Of a DNA stretch of 64,000 nt, positions 36,240 through 45,715 are shown piece by piece. Within the stretch, counting starts at the first letter, position 1, and each line of letters begins with the position of its first letter. The stretch comes from Pseudobdellovibrionaceae bacterium (GTDB lineage Bacteria; Bdellovibrionota; Bdellovibrionia; Bdellovibrionales; Bdellovibrionaceae): assembly GCA_044237745.1 (NCBI GenBank), contig JBIIER010000016.1, positions 1,053 through 65,052 of the forward strand. Direction: 5' to 3'. The notes beneath the pieces are model-generated. The model had not been told where the DNA came from. It saw only the letters and a list, made by a program, of their open reading frames with translations, and searched no databases. Position numbers and translations under genes: made by a program.

Positions 36240-38024
36240 TTATGTATTTTTAGGGAGTTGTTTTTTAAGTTTTCTTTTTATTTTTGCCAAAAAAGTTTCA
36301 AGAGTTGTGGTGAGCTCTTCACTTTTTAAAATATAACTGACAATAAAATAGCTGATGCCGGCTAAAGCAATGGTAAAAAACAGAGCCATGATTTTAGTCA
36401 ACACACTCTCTCCTAAAAACTCTAAAGTGGGTTGATAAGCCAATAAGGCTACCCAAAGTACAATTCCTGAGAGAATAAATTTGATCACACTTTTTGAAAG
36501 CGTGAGAAGTCCAAAAGGACCAATAAAATAAAAGTAACCCGCCATTAAAAGCACTAAATTAATAAATGAACTTAAAAATGTAGAAGAAGAAAGCCCGACT
36601 AAGCCCCATTGTTTCATCAAGAGCGGAGCAAAAAATAAATGCGAAATTAAAGACACCACTGAAACCGCCGCGGGAAACCAAGTATTTTTAATGGCATAAA
36701 ATGAAGGTACAAATACCCTCACACAGCTCGTAGAAATTAAAATCAATGAGTAGACTTGAACAACTTTTGAAGTTTGCAAAGCGTCTTCCATAGAGAATCG
36801 TCCTCTTAAAAAGAGCACCTCAATAATTGGCAATGCTAAAACATAAAGTCCAATGGCTGCGGGAATAGAAATAAAAAGATTGAGTCTTAAATAGTAATTG
36901 GCTGTTTGTGACATCTTGTCTTTTTCTTGCAAACTCCACATTTTAGAAAGCGTGGGCAAGAGGGCTGTTCCTAAACTCACACTCACTAAAGATAAGGGCA
37001 GCTCTAATAAACGATCGGCCCAATAAATATAAGAGATCGCACCTTCTCCTAATGAAGAGGCAAATTTTAAATTTATGATGGTGGTAATTTGCAATAAACC
37101 CATTCCTAATAATCCAGGCACCATATTTTTTAAAACTCGGCGCACATCTGGATTTTGCCACGCTCTTTTAATATTTAAATCTGCCTTGGGTAAATAATTA
37201 TGGCGAATCAAACTCGGCACTAAGATCAGAGTTTGAAACAAACCCCCAACAACCACACCCCACGCTAAACCATCGCCCGGACTTTTGAGCCAGCTCAAAG
37301 GAATAAAGGTGGAAATAATCATCGCAATATTAAAAAGAGCCGGAGCCATAGCAGCTAGAGCGTATTTACCAAGGGCATTGAGGATTCCCATAAAGTAGGC
37401 GTAAGAACTCATCAGAAAAATAAATGTAAACATGATTTGAGCCATGCGCACAGTGAGTTCAAATTTACCGGGAATCGCTCCGTAGTTTTCATCTAATAAA
37501 AGTTTTAAGATAGGATCTGCCCATACGATTCCGGCCACTGTTAAAGTCGACAATACTAATAAGAGAAGAGTGTAAAAAGAGTTGATAAGATTTTGCACTC
37601 GCGCGCTTGGCAACCCTTCTGCTTGATCTGGATTTTGAACTCGAGCTTCAACAAAGACTGGAATAAAACTGACGGATAAAGAACCTTCACCTAATAGTCT
37701 GCGAAATAAATTGGGCAAACGAAACGCCGTTGTCCAAGCATCTGTAACAGTTCTACTAAAGAGGGCGGCAAAAGCCATATCCCTAAAAAGCCCCAAAACT
37801 CGGCTGGTCAGGGTTCCAAAAGCCATGCTCAAGGCATGAACCACAATGTTTTTTCTCTCATCAGCACCCGTTTGCTGACCGGATTGAGGAGAAAAACCCC
37901 CGTCATTAAGGGTATTTACAGATGAATTTGTGCTCTCATTAGTAGGGTCTGATTTAATTTTATCCATATTTTTCAGATATTTACAGAGTGCAGCGAAAAA
38001 GCCAAGAGATTTCATTGAGTTCAA
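36240..38024 (-). CDS. murJ: lipid II flippase MurJ (MviN family)
   Basis: 594 aa, about 14 TM segments. N-terminal FGTLTSRVLGLFRDMAFAALF motif after a ~60-aa hydrophilic extension, so the true start may be internal. Divergent from rpsT. Confidence 0.85.
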   Translation of the reverse strand: MNSMKSLGFFAALCKYLKNMDKIKSDPTNESTNSSVNTLNDGGFSPQSGQQTGADERKNIVVHALSMAFGTLTSRVLGLFRDMAFAALFSRTVTDAWTTAFRLPNLFRRLLGEGSLSVSFIPVFVEARVQNPDQAEGLPSARVQNLINSFYTLLLLVLSTLTVAGIVWADPILKLLLDENYGAIPGKFELTVRMAQIMFTFIFLMSSYAYFMGILNALGKYALAAMAPALFNIAMIISTFIPLSWLKSPGDGLAWGVVVGGLFQTLILVPSLIRHNYLPKADLNIKRAWQNPDVRRVLKNMVPGLLGMGLLQITTIINLKFASSLGEGAISYIYWADRLLELPLSLVSVSLGTALLPTLSKMWSLQEKDKMSQTANYYLRLNLFISIPAAIGLYVLALPIIEVLFLRGRFSMEDALQTSKVVQVYSLILISTSCVRVFVPSFYAIKNTWFPAAVSVVSLISHLFFAPLLMKQWGLVGLSSSTFLSSFINLVLLMAGYFYFIGPFGLLTLSKSVIKFILSGIVLWVALLAYQPTLEFLGESVLTKIMALFFTIALAGISYFIVSYILKSEELTTTLETFLAKIKRKLKKQLPKNT

Positions 38025-38086
38025 CTTGCATATCGAGAAGCCCTATGTTATCCCCTTAGAGCTTCGATAATACTCAGGAGGAAACT

Positions 38087-38362
38087 TTGGCTAATCATAA
38101 ATCCGCTGCAAAAAGAGCACGTCAAACTATTAAAAAAACAGCTGTTAACACAATGGCTCGTAATTCAGTTAAAACAAGCGAAAAAAACGTTCTTAAAGCT
38201 ATTGATAAAAAAGACAGTCAATCAATCGCTGAACTTTTGAGACTTTTCACAAAAAAAATCTCTTCTGCTGCTTCAAAAGGTATTTTAACTAAATCAGCTG
38301 CTTCTAGAAAAGTAAGCCGTATTTCTAAACGCGTTCATACATTTTTAACTGCTGGTAAGTAG
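38087..38362 (+). CDS. rpsT: 30S ribosomal protein S20
   Basis: 91 aa. ANHKSAAKRARQ N-terminus, TTG start (as known for E. coli rpsT), GGAGG SD upstream. Confidence 0.93.
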   Translation: MANHKSAAKRARQTIKKTAVNTMARNSVKTSEKNVLKAIDKKDSQSIAELLRLFTKKISSAASKGILTKSAASRKVSRISKRVHTFLTAGK

Positions 38363-38388
38363 TATTTATTTTTCCAGAGTCATTAAGA

Positions 38389-38417
38389 ACCCACCCTCTT
38401 CGAACGGTGGGTTTTTT
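38389..38417 (+). terminator. rho-independent terminator of rpsT
   Basis: CCCACC-ctcttcgaac-GGTGGG hairpin followed by TTTTTT (38412-38417). Confidence 0.8.
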
Positions 38418-38458
38418 ATGAACTAATTTGTTTTAAATGAAAGAGATTTTGTTTTTTA

Positions 38459-39313
38459 ATGGCTCACAAAAATAAAACGAACATCAGTCCGTATAAAACC
38501 CGTCAAATAAAACGGGAATCAGAAAAGCATCCCAGTGCACCAAAGCCCGGATCGAACAAAGTTCTTATGGGTCGGCACAAAAAAGCGGATGTTATTTATT
38601 CTGCACAAGAAGCCAACGACAGGCTTTTTGATATCTTTAAAAATCATGAATTTGATCATATCACTCATCAGCAACGAATGAAGCTCGCTGAGTTTTATCA
38701 TTTACTCATGACCACTCAAGAAAACGAAAACTTCACAAGACTTTTAAAATTCAGAGACATTGCGATCAGACATTTTATTGATTGCATGATAGTTGCAAAA
38801 CTTACCAAACTGACTTTTCCATTAATGGATGTTGGAACGGGACCTGGGTTTCCGGGAATGCCTCTTAAAGTTTTGTTTCCTCAAGAAACCATTGTTCTTG
38901 CGGAAGGTGTTCAACGCCGTGTGGAGTTTCTTAAAAAAGTCAGAGATGAATTACAGCTTCCAAATTTAAAAATTCTTGGCCGCAATATTAATCAATCGGT
39001 CACTTATCCAGTGAACGGTGTGATTACTAGAGCCGTTGAAGATGTGGGAAACACACTCGGAAATGTGCTTTACAGCTTACAAACTGGTGGAAAAGTTTTT
39101 TTAATGAAGGGCCCGAATGTGGACCCTGAAATCCCTGACGCTCTTCAAAAATGGGGACAGTACTATGAGCTTGAACAAGACATTGCTTATACACTGCCTC
39201 AAACTCCTCATGAGAGAAGATTGCTTGTCTTTAAAAAAATCAAGGCTCCAGAATTAATTGATCTAGAAACTCTTTTAGATATGGAATACGCTGATTCATC
39301 AGACGACGAATAG
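38459..39313 (+). CDS. rsmG: 16S rRNA (guanine527-N7)-methyltransferase RsmG with basic N-terminal extension
   Basis: 284 aa. MDVGTGPGFPGMPLKV SAM motif and GidB-like core, preceded by a ~70-aa K/R-rich extension and followed by an acidic tail (ADSSDDE). Confidence 0.8.
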   Translation: MAHKNKTNISPYKTRQIKRESEKHPSAPKPGSNKVLMGRHKKADVIYSAQEANDRLFDIFKNHEFDHITHQQRMKLAEFYHLLMTTQENENFTRLLKFRDIAIRHFIDCMIVAKLTKLTFPLMDVGTGPGFPGMPLKVLFPQETIVLAEGVQRRVEFLKKVRDELQLPNLKILGRNINQSVTYPVNGVITRAVEDVGNTLGNVLYSLQTGGKVFLMKGPNVDPEIPDALQKWGQYYELEQDIAYTLPQTPHERRLLVFKKIKAPELIDLETLLDMEYADSSDDE

Positions 39314-39336
39314 TCTTTGATTAAGGACGTAAATTT

Positions 39337-40080
39337 ATGATTCAAATCACCAGCCCTCAAAATGCTTTGTTTAAAATTTGGATGAGCCTGCACTCTTCTA
39401 AAGGAATTAAAAAAGAAAAACAGTTTTTAGTCAGCGGACAAAAACTTGTTGATGAACTTTTAAAAAATAAAAACATTAAAGTTGAGGGTGAAATCATTCA
39501 TGGTGGTCTTGAATCACGCGCCCCCCATGGCACTAAAGTTTATTGTCTCGACAAAACTCTCTTTAACGAAATCGATCTCGTAGGCACTCACTACAATATT
39601 TTTGTGTGTCAGCTCCCTGAGATCTCTCCCTTAAAACCAGATCATCAACCCAATGGACTTGAACTCATCACTCCACTTGGAGACCCTAATAATTTAGGAG
39701 CTCTTGTGAGAAGCGCAGAAGCTTTTGGTGTGCGCACGATGATTTTAACTGAAGATGCCTGCAATCCCTTTCATCCAAAATCAGTGAAGGCAAGCAGTGG
39801 CAGTGTTTTAAGAATGAACTTTTTAAAAGCACCCTCTCTTAAAAATCTTCCTGTGCTTAAAAACATTTGGGCTCTTGATGGACATGGCAAACCCCTTCCA
39901 CAATTTAAATGGCCTAAGGATTTATTTTTATTAGTGGGTGAAGAAGGTCCAGGACTGGCGCAAGCAGATTTAGAATTTAAAATTCCAACTTTGTCGATTC
40001 CCACAGAATCTGTTGAATCGCTCAATGCTGTTGTTGCCACCAGCATTGCTCTTTACAGTTATAAATTACAATCTCACTAA
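39337..40080 (+). CDS. SpoU/TrmH-family RNA 2'-O-methyltransferase
   Basis: 247 aa with GDPNNLGALVRSAEAFGV, LLVGEEGPGL and ESLNAVVATSIALY motifs. Confidence 0.8.
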   Translation: MIQITSPQNALFKIWMSLHSSKGIKKEKQFLVSGQKLVDELLKNKNIKVEGEIIHGGLESRAPHGTKVYCLDKTLFNEIDLVGTHYNIFVCQLPEISPLKPDHQPNGLELITPLGDPNNLGALVRSAEAFGVRTMILTEDACNPFHPKSVKASSGSVLRMNFLKAPSLKNLPVLKNIWALDGHGKPLPQFKWPKDLFLLVGEEGPGLAQADLEFKIPTLSIPTESVESLNAVVATSIALYSYKLQSH

Positions 40081-41255
40081 ATTCGTTTTAAACACCACAA
40101 GCTCACATCGAGTCCGCCATTGTGAGTTTGTGCGATCACTTCTAAATGATAATTTGCAGGAGCTTTTAACTGCGCTCTTTTTGGCAAAAGAATCACAGCC
40201 TTAATCGGACCCCAAGCAGCACAACGATGGATGATTTTTTGAAAATACTCATTCGGTGATTCTGCAATATTTAATCTCTCTCCGTAAGGAGGATTTAGTG
40301 CCATCATAAATGGCGCCGACATCTCAGGCTTTTCACAAGTAAAAAAATCTTGGCCCTTAGAATCCACTTCAATCTCAATATGAGCAAGCTCTGCATTTTT
40401 TTGGGTGAGTTCTAAATTGCCCGCTTCTTTATCTCCGGCAAAAAGTTTGCCGAAACTTTGAGAAGACGATTTAATATTTGATAAAAAGGCTGAAGTTCTT
40501 AAAATCTTTGGGCAGAAATTCCACTTTTGAAAAGCAAAATCTCGCATTTTTTGTGGCGCAAAAATTTGCGAAGCCTCGAGCGCTAATGTGCCAGCTCCCG
40601 ACATAGGATCTATAAAATTCATCTTCTGAAGCTCAACAGTTGAATAACCTTTGATCATTTGACGAATCATCCAAGCGGCTAAGGTTTCACGCAGTGAAGC
40701 CTCTGCTACATAAGTTCTAAAGCCCCTTTTATGAAGATGTTTACCCGAAGTGTTTAAACTTAAAGTGAACTCATCATCAAAAACTCGCACATATAAAAAG
40801 GATTCTTCATCCCCTTTTTGAAATTGATTGCCCCATTGCTTACAAAAAGTTTCTAAAACTCTTTTTTCGTTATTGAGTCTAGACTTTTGCGCAGCCACTT
40901 TAATTCCAGGAGTTTCTTTAAAAGGTATTCCGTCAAAAATGGTTTTATCTTTTTTGAGTTGTTGAAGTCTTCTCTCAAGATCCGGAAAGGATTGGCAATG
41001 AAAGCTTGTCCATCTTAATAAAATTCTTGAGGCCAAGCGCAAATGAAAGTTTAATTGCAAACCGATTTCAAGAGGCAATTTAAGATGCACTCCTCCGAGC
41101 TCTACCTTTAAGTTTTCGCGGCTCAGATCCATGACTCCACTCCATGGGAACCCATCAAGACCCACCAGCCAAGGACGAACCTCTTGAAGCTCTTCTATGA
41201 GAAGGTCTTCCCAACCAGGTTGAGTGGAAATAAAAAAATCTCTGAGTTCGCTCAT
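40077..41255 (-). CDS. THUMP-domain class I SAM-dependent RNA methyltransferase (RlmL/UPF0020-like)
   Basis: 392 aa. DPMSGAGTLALEA SAM motif and NPPYGERL catalytic motif, with an N-terminal THUMP-like region. Confidence 0.78.
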   Translation of the reverse strand: MSELRDFFISTQPGWEDLLIEELQEVRPWLVGLDGFPWSGVMDLSRENLKVELGGVHLKLPLEIGLQLNFHLRLASRILLRWTSFHCQSFPDLERRLQQLKKDKTIFDGIPFKETPGIKVAAQKSRLNNEKRVLETFCKQWGNQFQKGDEESFLYVRVFDDEFTLSLNTSGKHLHKRGFRTYVAEASLRETLAAWMIRQMIKGYSTVELQKMNFIDPMSGAGTLALEASQIFAPQKMRDFAFQKWNFCPKILRTSAFLSNIKSSSQSFGKLFAGDKEAGNLELTQKNAELAHIEIEVDSKGQDFFTCEKPEMSAPFMMALNPPYGERLNIAESPNEYFQKIIHRCAAWGPIKAVILLPKRAQLKAPANYHLEVIAQTHNGGLDVSLWCLKRI

Positions 41256-42274
41256 TCATACCGCCAATACATATCAAAGCCCACAATGAAACCCTTATTA
41301 GGATCCATCTTAAAATAAGTTATATCTGCCGTGGCCGCACTTAAAATCAAATGAAACTCATCCCAGATATAAACATAGTTGAAATACCCACCCACGGACT
41401 TTAAGTCAAAATTATAGCGAGGCCCCAATAAAATACGATCCCATTTATCGGTGATAAATTCATATCCCGTTTGCAGTGAGGTTCCGGTAATAATATTGGC
41501 TTCACGGTCTCTTGTTCTAAAAGGTTCAATATTTAAAGTCAGCATAGTATGGGCAATTTGGTTTCCGGAGTTAATTGAATCCCAAAAAAACTGCACAGTC
41601 CCTTGAGTTTTTAATGCCTCTTGATCATGAAACACGTTTCCGGCCACAGAAAGAATGTGTAAATCAGAAGCAAAAAATTGTTTTTTAATGCCCAGATTGT
41701 AGAACTTAAAAAAGAAACCCGGAATAAAGGCAGTGGCCATCACGTCGTTATCGACACCGTAAGAATAATTCCCCAGAAAATTAATCATGTTCTCATCTTT
41801 TTTTAACACTTCAGCCGTGTATCCCACCGTTAAGCCTTGATAAAGAAGCGGCTTATAACGAGCCGAAACATTGGGTGTTTGAGTGCGCACTAAAAGTTCA
41901 GTTCCACCAAGGTACTCATTGTTTTGTGTGGAGAGATCAATTTTTAAAAGATAATCCCCTGGCTTAATAAAAAAATCACGACTGTGACGGAGTAATAAAC
42001 AGTAGAGCTTACGAGGTGAACCCTCATCAATTTTTAAAATTTGCACGTAGCCCACGGATTTATTTTCCATGGATTCAGAATAAACTGGGAGATAGTCACC
42101 CACTTTAAATAAAAAATTGTCTGTTTCAGCTAAAAGGATTTTTTGATTTTTAAATTCTGTGACCACCGCTTTAGGTGTGGGACCTAATCCCGGACTGATA
42201 AAAACGTCAGAAGCTTGAACTGTCAGACTTCTAAATATTATCAAACACAAGAATATAAAAATCAATCGAACCAT
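41252..42274 (-). CDS. secreted hypothetical protein, possible outer-membrane beta-barrel
   Basis: 340 aa with a signal peptide (IFIFLCLIIFRSLTVQA). The C-terminal half has alternating aromatic/hydrophilic residues. Overlaps both neighbouring genes, so it is probably in an operon with them. Confidence 0.4.
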   Translation of the reverse strand: MVRLIFIFLCLIIFRSLTVQASDVFISPGLGPTPKAVVTEFKNQKILLAETDNFLFKVGDYLPVYSESMENKSVGYVQILKIDEGSPRKLYCLLLRHSRDFFIKPGDYLLKIDLSTQNNEYLGGTELLVRTQTPNVSARYKPLLYQGLTVGYTAEVLKKDENMINFLGNYSYGVDNDVMATAFIPGFFFKFYNLGIKKQFFASDLHILSVAGNVFHDQEALKTQGTVQFFWDSINSGNQIAHTMLTLNIEPFRTRDREANIITGTSLQTGYEFITDKWDRILLGPRYNFDLKSVGGYFNYVYIWDEFHLILSAATADITYFKMDPNKGFIVGFDMYWRYE

Positions 42275-43404
42275 TTTTTAAATCTCACTGGTAAAGAAAA
42301 TAATAAAACAAGACTGATTAAAGCCCCCACGAAGCCCACCCAAAGTGCTTGCTCTATTCCAAAATGATCGGTGACCCACCCTACTGTCAAATTCATAATC
42401 ACAATAAAAAATGAACTGAGCGCTAAGATATAAGAAAGAGCGGAATTCATTTTTGATGCAGGGAATAGTTCTGAGGCATAAGTCAGCGCCAAAGGATAAA
42501 AAGGCGCCATGCATAAACCACACAAAGCAAAAAACTGAGTGCTTTTCCAAAAACCCAATAAAAAACATCCGAGTGTTAAAATCAAAGAAGTCATGAGTTG
42601 AGTTCTGAGTGGAAAACGAAATTTCACAAAACTAAAAAAGATTCTGCCCATTAATAAAAACATAAAAAAGTAAGAAACAAATAAACTCGAATGTGCCAAA
42701 TCGAGCAGTTGAGTTCGACGCACATACAAAGCCAGTCGAGTCGAAATTAAAATTTCTGACATCACATAGGTGGCCATGATAATGCCAAAATAAATTTGAG
42801 CTTTATGATCATTAAGAGTGTTTGGATCTTCGTGGACATGTGCGCTCTGGCGATTTTTACGACTTTTATAAAATAAAGAACTGATTAAAACGAGGGCGGG
42901 CACTAAACTCGCAAATGCAAAATTTGATTTCCAATCATTCGAAACATGGGCCACAGAAGCTACTAGCACTGGAGCTAAATACGAGGCCACTCCATACATA
43001 CTGTGAAGCCCACTCATCATTTGTTGCAATTTATGAGGGGGAGCTCCCACAGAGACCATATAGTTTTGCGAAAGGGCCATCAGACCAAAAGAAACTCCTA
43101 AAAATCCAGAGGCCACAAGCACCAAGGTAAAGGTGGGAGAATAAGCAATCCCTAACATTCCTAAAATCATAAACACTAAACTCAGACGAAGTGTATTCAC
43201 GCTCCCAAGGCGTTTCATCACAAATCGGGCGCCATAGCTGCCTAAAAAACTAAGTGTGGAACAGACAGAAAAAAACCAACTGCCTTGAGAATCAGAAAGA
43301 GAAAAACTTTTAAGGATTTCAGGAAAGAGCGGTCCTCGAATATTATCACTTAATCCAAGGGCCACAAGACTTGCATACGCTAAAAAAATAAACCAAATAT
43401 TCAT
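42262..43404 (-). CDS. MFS transporter
   Basis: 380 aa, about 12 TM segments. MKRLGSVNT loop between TM2 and TM3 is typical of MFS. Confidence 0.72.
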   Translation of the reverse strand: MNIWFIFLAYASLVALGLSDNIRGPLFPEILKSFSLSDSQGSWFFSVCSTLSFLGSYGARFVMKRLGSVNTLRLSLVFMILGMLGIAYSPTFTLVLVASGFLGVSFGLMALSQNYMVSVGAPPHKLQQMMSGLHSMYGVASYLAPVLVASVAHVSNDWKSNFAFASLVPALVLISSLFYKSRKNRQSAHVHEDPNTLNDHKAQIYFGIIMATYVMSEILISTRLALYVRRTQLLDLAHSSLFVSYFFMFLLMGRIFFSFVKFRFPLRTQLMTSLILTLGCFLLGFWKSTQFFALCGLCMAPFYPLALTYASELFPASKMNSALSYILALSSFFIVIMNLTVGWVTDHFGIEQALWVGFVGALISLVLLFSLPVRFKKWFD

Positions 43405-43450
43405 ATCTCCTTAGGCTATCTTGTCTCCCTAAAAGGTGCAATGAGTTCTT

Positions 43451-45715
43451 CTATTTTGGCTTACTCAAGACCCCAAAGACTTTGAGAATTTGAAGAGGGC
43501 CGACTTCGCCCAAACCTTTGGTAGTTTTTTCAACTTCAAAGGCCAAATAACCCGTTAAATCTGGCTGCTTACCTTTGTATAAGAGATATAAAAAGGCATC
43601 TTCTAAAATCACATCTGATGAAAAACTCGAATACTTTTTAAGTAAGGTCGAAAATCTTGGGTAAGCTTTAAGGGCCTCCTGAGAATCTAACACTCCATTA
43701 TGGTTGCTATCAAATTGGGTGATAAGAGATTCCGTATAAACCAACATCATCACCATAGTGTTCACATCTGATGTTTCAATGAGTTTGCCATCAGGATGAG
43801 AGCTGCGAGCCACACTGATGAGAGTCTTCATAAAATCTTGTTTTTGTTTAAGACTTAACTTTTGATAATAGGGTCTAAAATTTTTTAAGTTCCCCATCCA
43901 CTGCGGGAGCTTTAAAATACCTAGGTTTTCAAAGCACTCTTCATGCAAATACTGATTGCCAAAAATATCTCTTTTAAAAACTTGGCAGTTTACAAAATCC
44001 TTTTTCCATTCAGGGGCTTTTTTAAAGGCTCCATAAAATAGAAGTTGAAACCATTCAAAAGTTTCTTCTTTATTTAAAAAAGCATCTCCATCGCCAATGG
44101 ATGTAAACAAATTCCCCTCAATTAAAGATCTCTCTGGAGCGCCTTTAACTCGAGGATCAATAAATCCCATTTCTAGACCAAAATCAGTTAAATCAGAATA
44201 AGCTAAACGCAATGAATTTAAACTCAGCCACGAGAGATTCATAGAAGAAAATTGTTGAGCGTAACCAATAAAAACAAATCTCGTGAGCATTTGATAGCAA
44301 TGAGAGATGGCTAAACCCTCTCTGGTGTAAGTTCGGTTTTGTGATGAATTGTTTTTGGGTTGAATTTTTAAACTGCCATTTGCCCACTGAATTTGTGAGG
44401 TTTTATCAAGGAGATTCCAAAATTCTTTCCAGCTTCGTTTAATCTCATCTTCATCATAACTATTAAGGCCCGACATCAAAGAAATCTTTTTCTCAACAGA
44501 ATAACTTTTAATCAAGTCCTGCAGCCGTTGAGATGTGATTTCACCAGAGGGTAAGTCCTTTAAAAAATCCTGAATCAATGTCCAAACACTGAGTTCTCTT
44601 TTTAATAGAGCTAGATGCCGCTCTTCTAAACCTAAAATATATGTTTGATCATCTCCACGGCGAGTGTCTAAAAGAACACTGATGGCTTTTTTGTAGAGAC
44701 TTTTAAGAATTTTTTGCGAAATCGGTAAATGAAAAAAAGAAACTTTTTGCAATTCATCAATCACATGATCAATTTCTTTAAATGATAATCTTTTAGATTT
44801 ATTCAGTGAGATTGTTTTTTCTACAAGATTAAAACTCCGTAACAAAAACTCATTCCACCCAGTTGTGTATTGAGGTTCATAAAAAGATTTTCCACTCAAG
44901 TTGAGTTCGTAATGCAAAAAAAGCTTGTAGCCTTCTAAGACTGTGTCTTGATTCATACTCCATTGAGTGAGGGAGTTTAAAACAGGAATCCATTTTTCCC
45001 AGATCGAAACCTGGCTCAACAACGGATTGCGATTCATAAAAACATTGAGTTCTCGCAAAAAAATCTGCAGATCTAATAAATTGAGATCCAGTCGAACGCG
45101 ACGATTTTGCGGCCAGAGCGCATTGAGTGACAAACCTAACTGATCCACAGCTGCATCTATTTGATGGAACTCTATGGGATTCAATTGAGAAGGATCTGGG
45201 AGAGTCACAGTAAGAGTTTTTAGATAAGGTTTTAACAGAGCTAATTCAACCTTGAGGGACCCTAAAAGTTTTTGGGTTTCGGCAATTTCCTCTTTAGTGA
45301 TAGCGTCTTCTGTGCCACCAATAAAAGCTTTTTTGAATTTCATCACCACGCGTACAAGATCTTTTGAAAGAATGTTTTCTTTAAAAAAATATCTCGCAAA
45401 AAATAACCTTAAATCCTCTGGAGTGTATGAGTCAGCTGTGACTCCTCGGGTGTATTTAGTAAAATGGCCTAAGGAACTTTTAAGACAGTCGACACCCAGT
45501 TCCCAATCAGAAGAGTCAGATTCAAAATATTTTTTAAGATGAACCGGAATAGCTTGAACGCATTGAAGACTTTGAGTTTCGATTTCAATGACTTCATCTT
45601 GATGTTTTTTATTATCAATAAATTTGGAGAAATAATTTTTACATCCTGTTAAGCTCAGGAGAATTATTATTGTCAATGTGAGTAATTTTTGAAGAGGGTG
45701 AAATTTAAAATTCAT
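43451..45715 (-). CDS. large lipoprotein with a canonical EF-hand Ca-binding loop
   Basis: 754 aa with lipobox LSLTGC. DSNHNGVLDSQE (43711..43676) fits the 12-residue EF-hand loop consensus at positions 1, 3, 5, 6, 8, 9 and 12. A second, looser loop is GDGDAFLNKEE. Confidence 0.5.
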   Translation of the reverse strand: MNFKFHPLQKLLTLTIIILLSLTGCKNYFSKFIDNKKHQDEVIEIETQSLQCVQAIPVHLKKYFESDSSDWELGVDCLKSSLGHFTKYTRGVTADSYTPEDLRLFFARYFFKENILSKDLVRVVMKFKKAFIGGTEDAITKEEIAETQKLLGSLKVELALLKPYLKTLTVTLPDPSQLNPIEFHQIDAAVDQLGLSLNALWPQNRRVRLDLNLLDLQIFLRELNVFMNRNPLLSQVSIWEKWIPVLNSLTQWSMNQDTVLEGYKLFLHYELNLSGKSFYEPQYTTGWNEFLLRSFNLVEKTISLNKSKRLSFKEIDHVIDELQKVSFFHLPISQKILKSLYKKAISVLLDTRRGDDQTYILGLEERHLALLKRELSVWTLIQDFLKDLPSGEITSQRLQDLIKSYSVEKKISLMSGLNSYDEDEIKRSWKEFWNLLDKTSQIQWANGSLKIQPKNNSSQNRTYTREGLAISHCYQMLTRFVFIGYAQQFSSMNLSWLSLNSLRLAYSDLTDFGLEMGFIDPRVKGAPERSLIEGNLFTSIGDGDAFLNKEETFEWFQLLFYGAFKKAPEWKKDFVNCQVFKRDIFGNQYLHEECFENLGILKLPQWMGNLKNFRPYYQKLSLKQKQDFMKTLISVARSSHPDGKLIETSDVNTMVMMLVYTESLITQFDSNHNGVLDSQEALKAYPRFSTLLKKYSSFSSDVILEDAFLYLLYKGKQPDLTGYLAFEVEKTTKGLGEVGPLQILKVFGVLSKPK

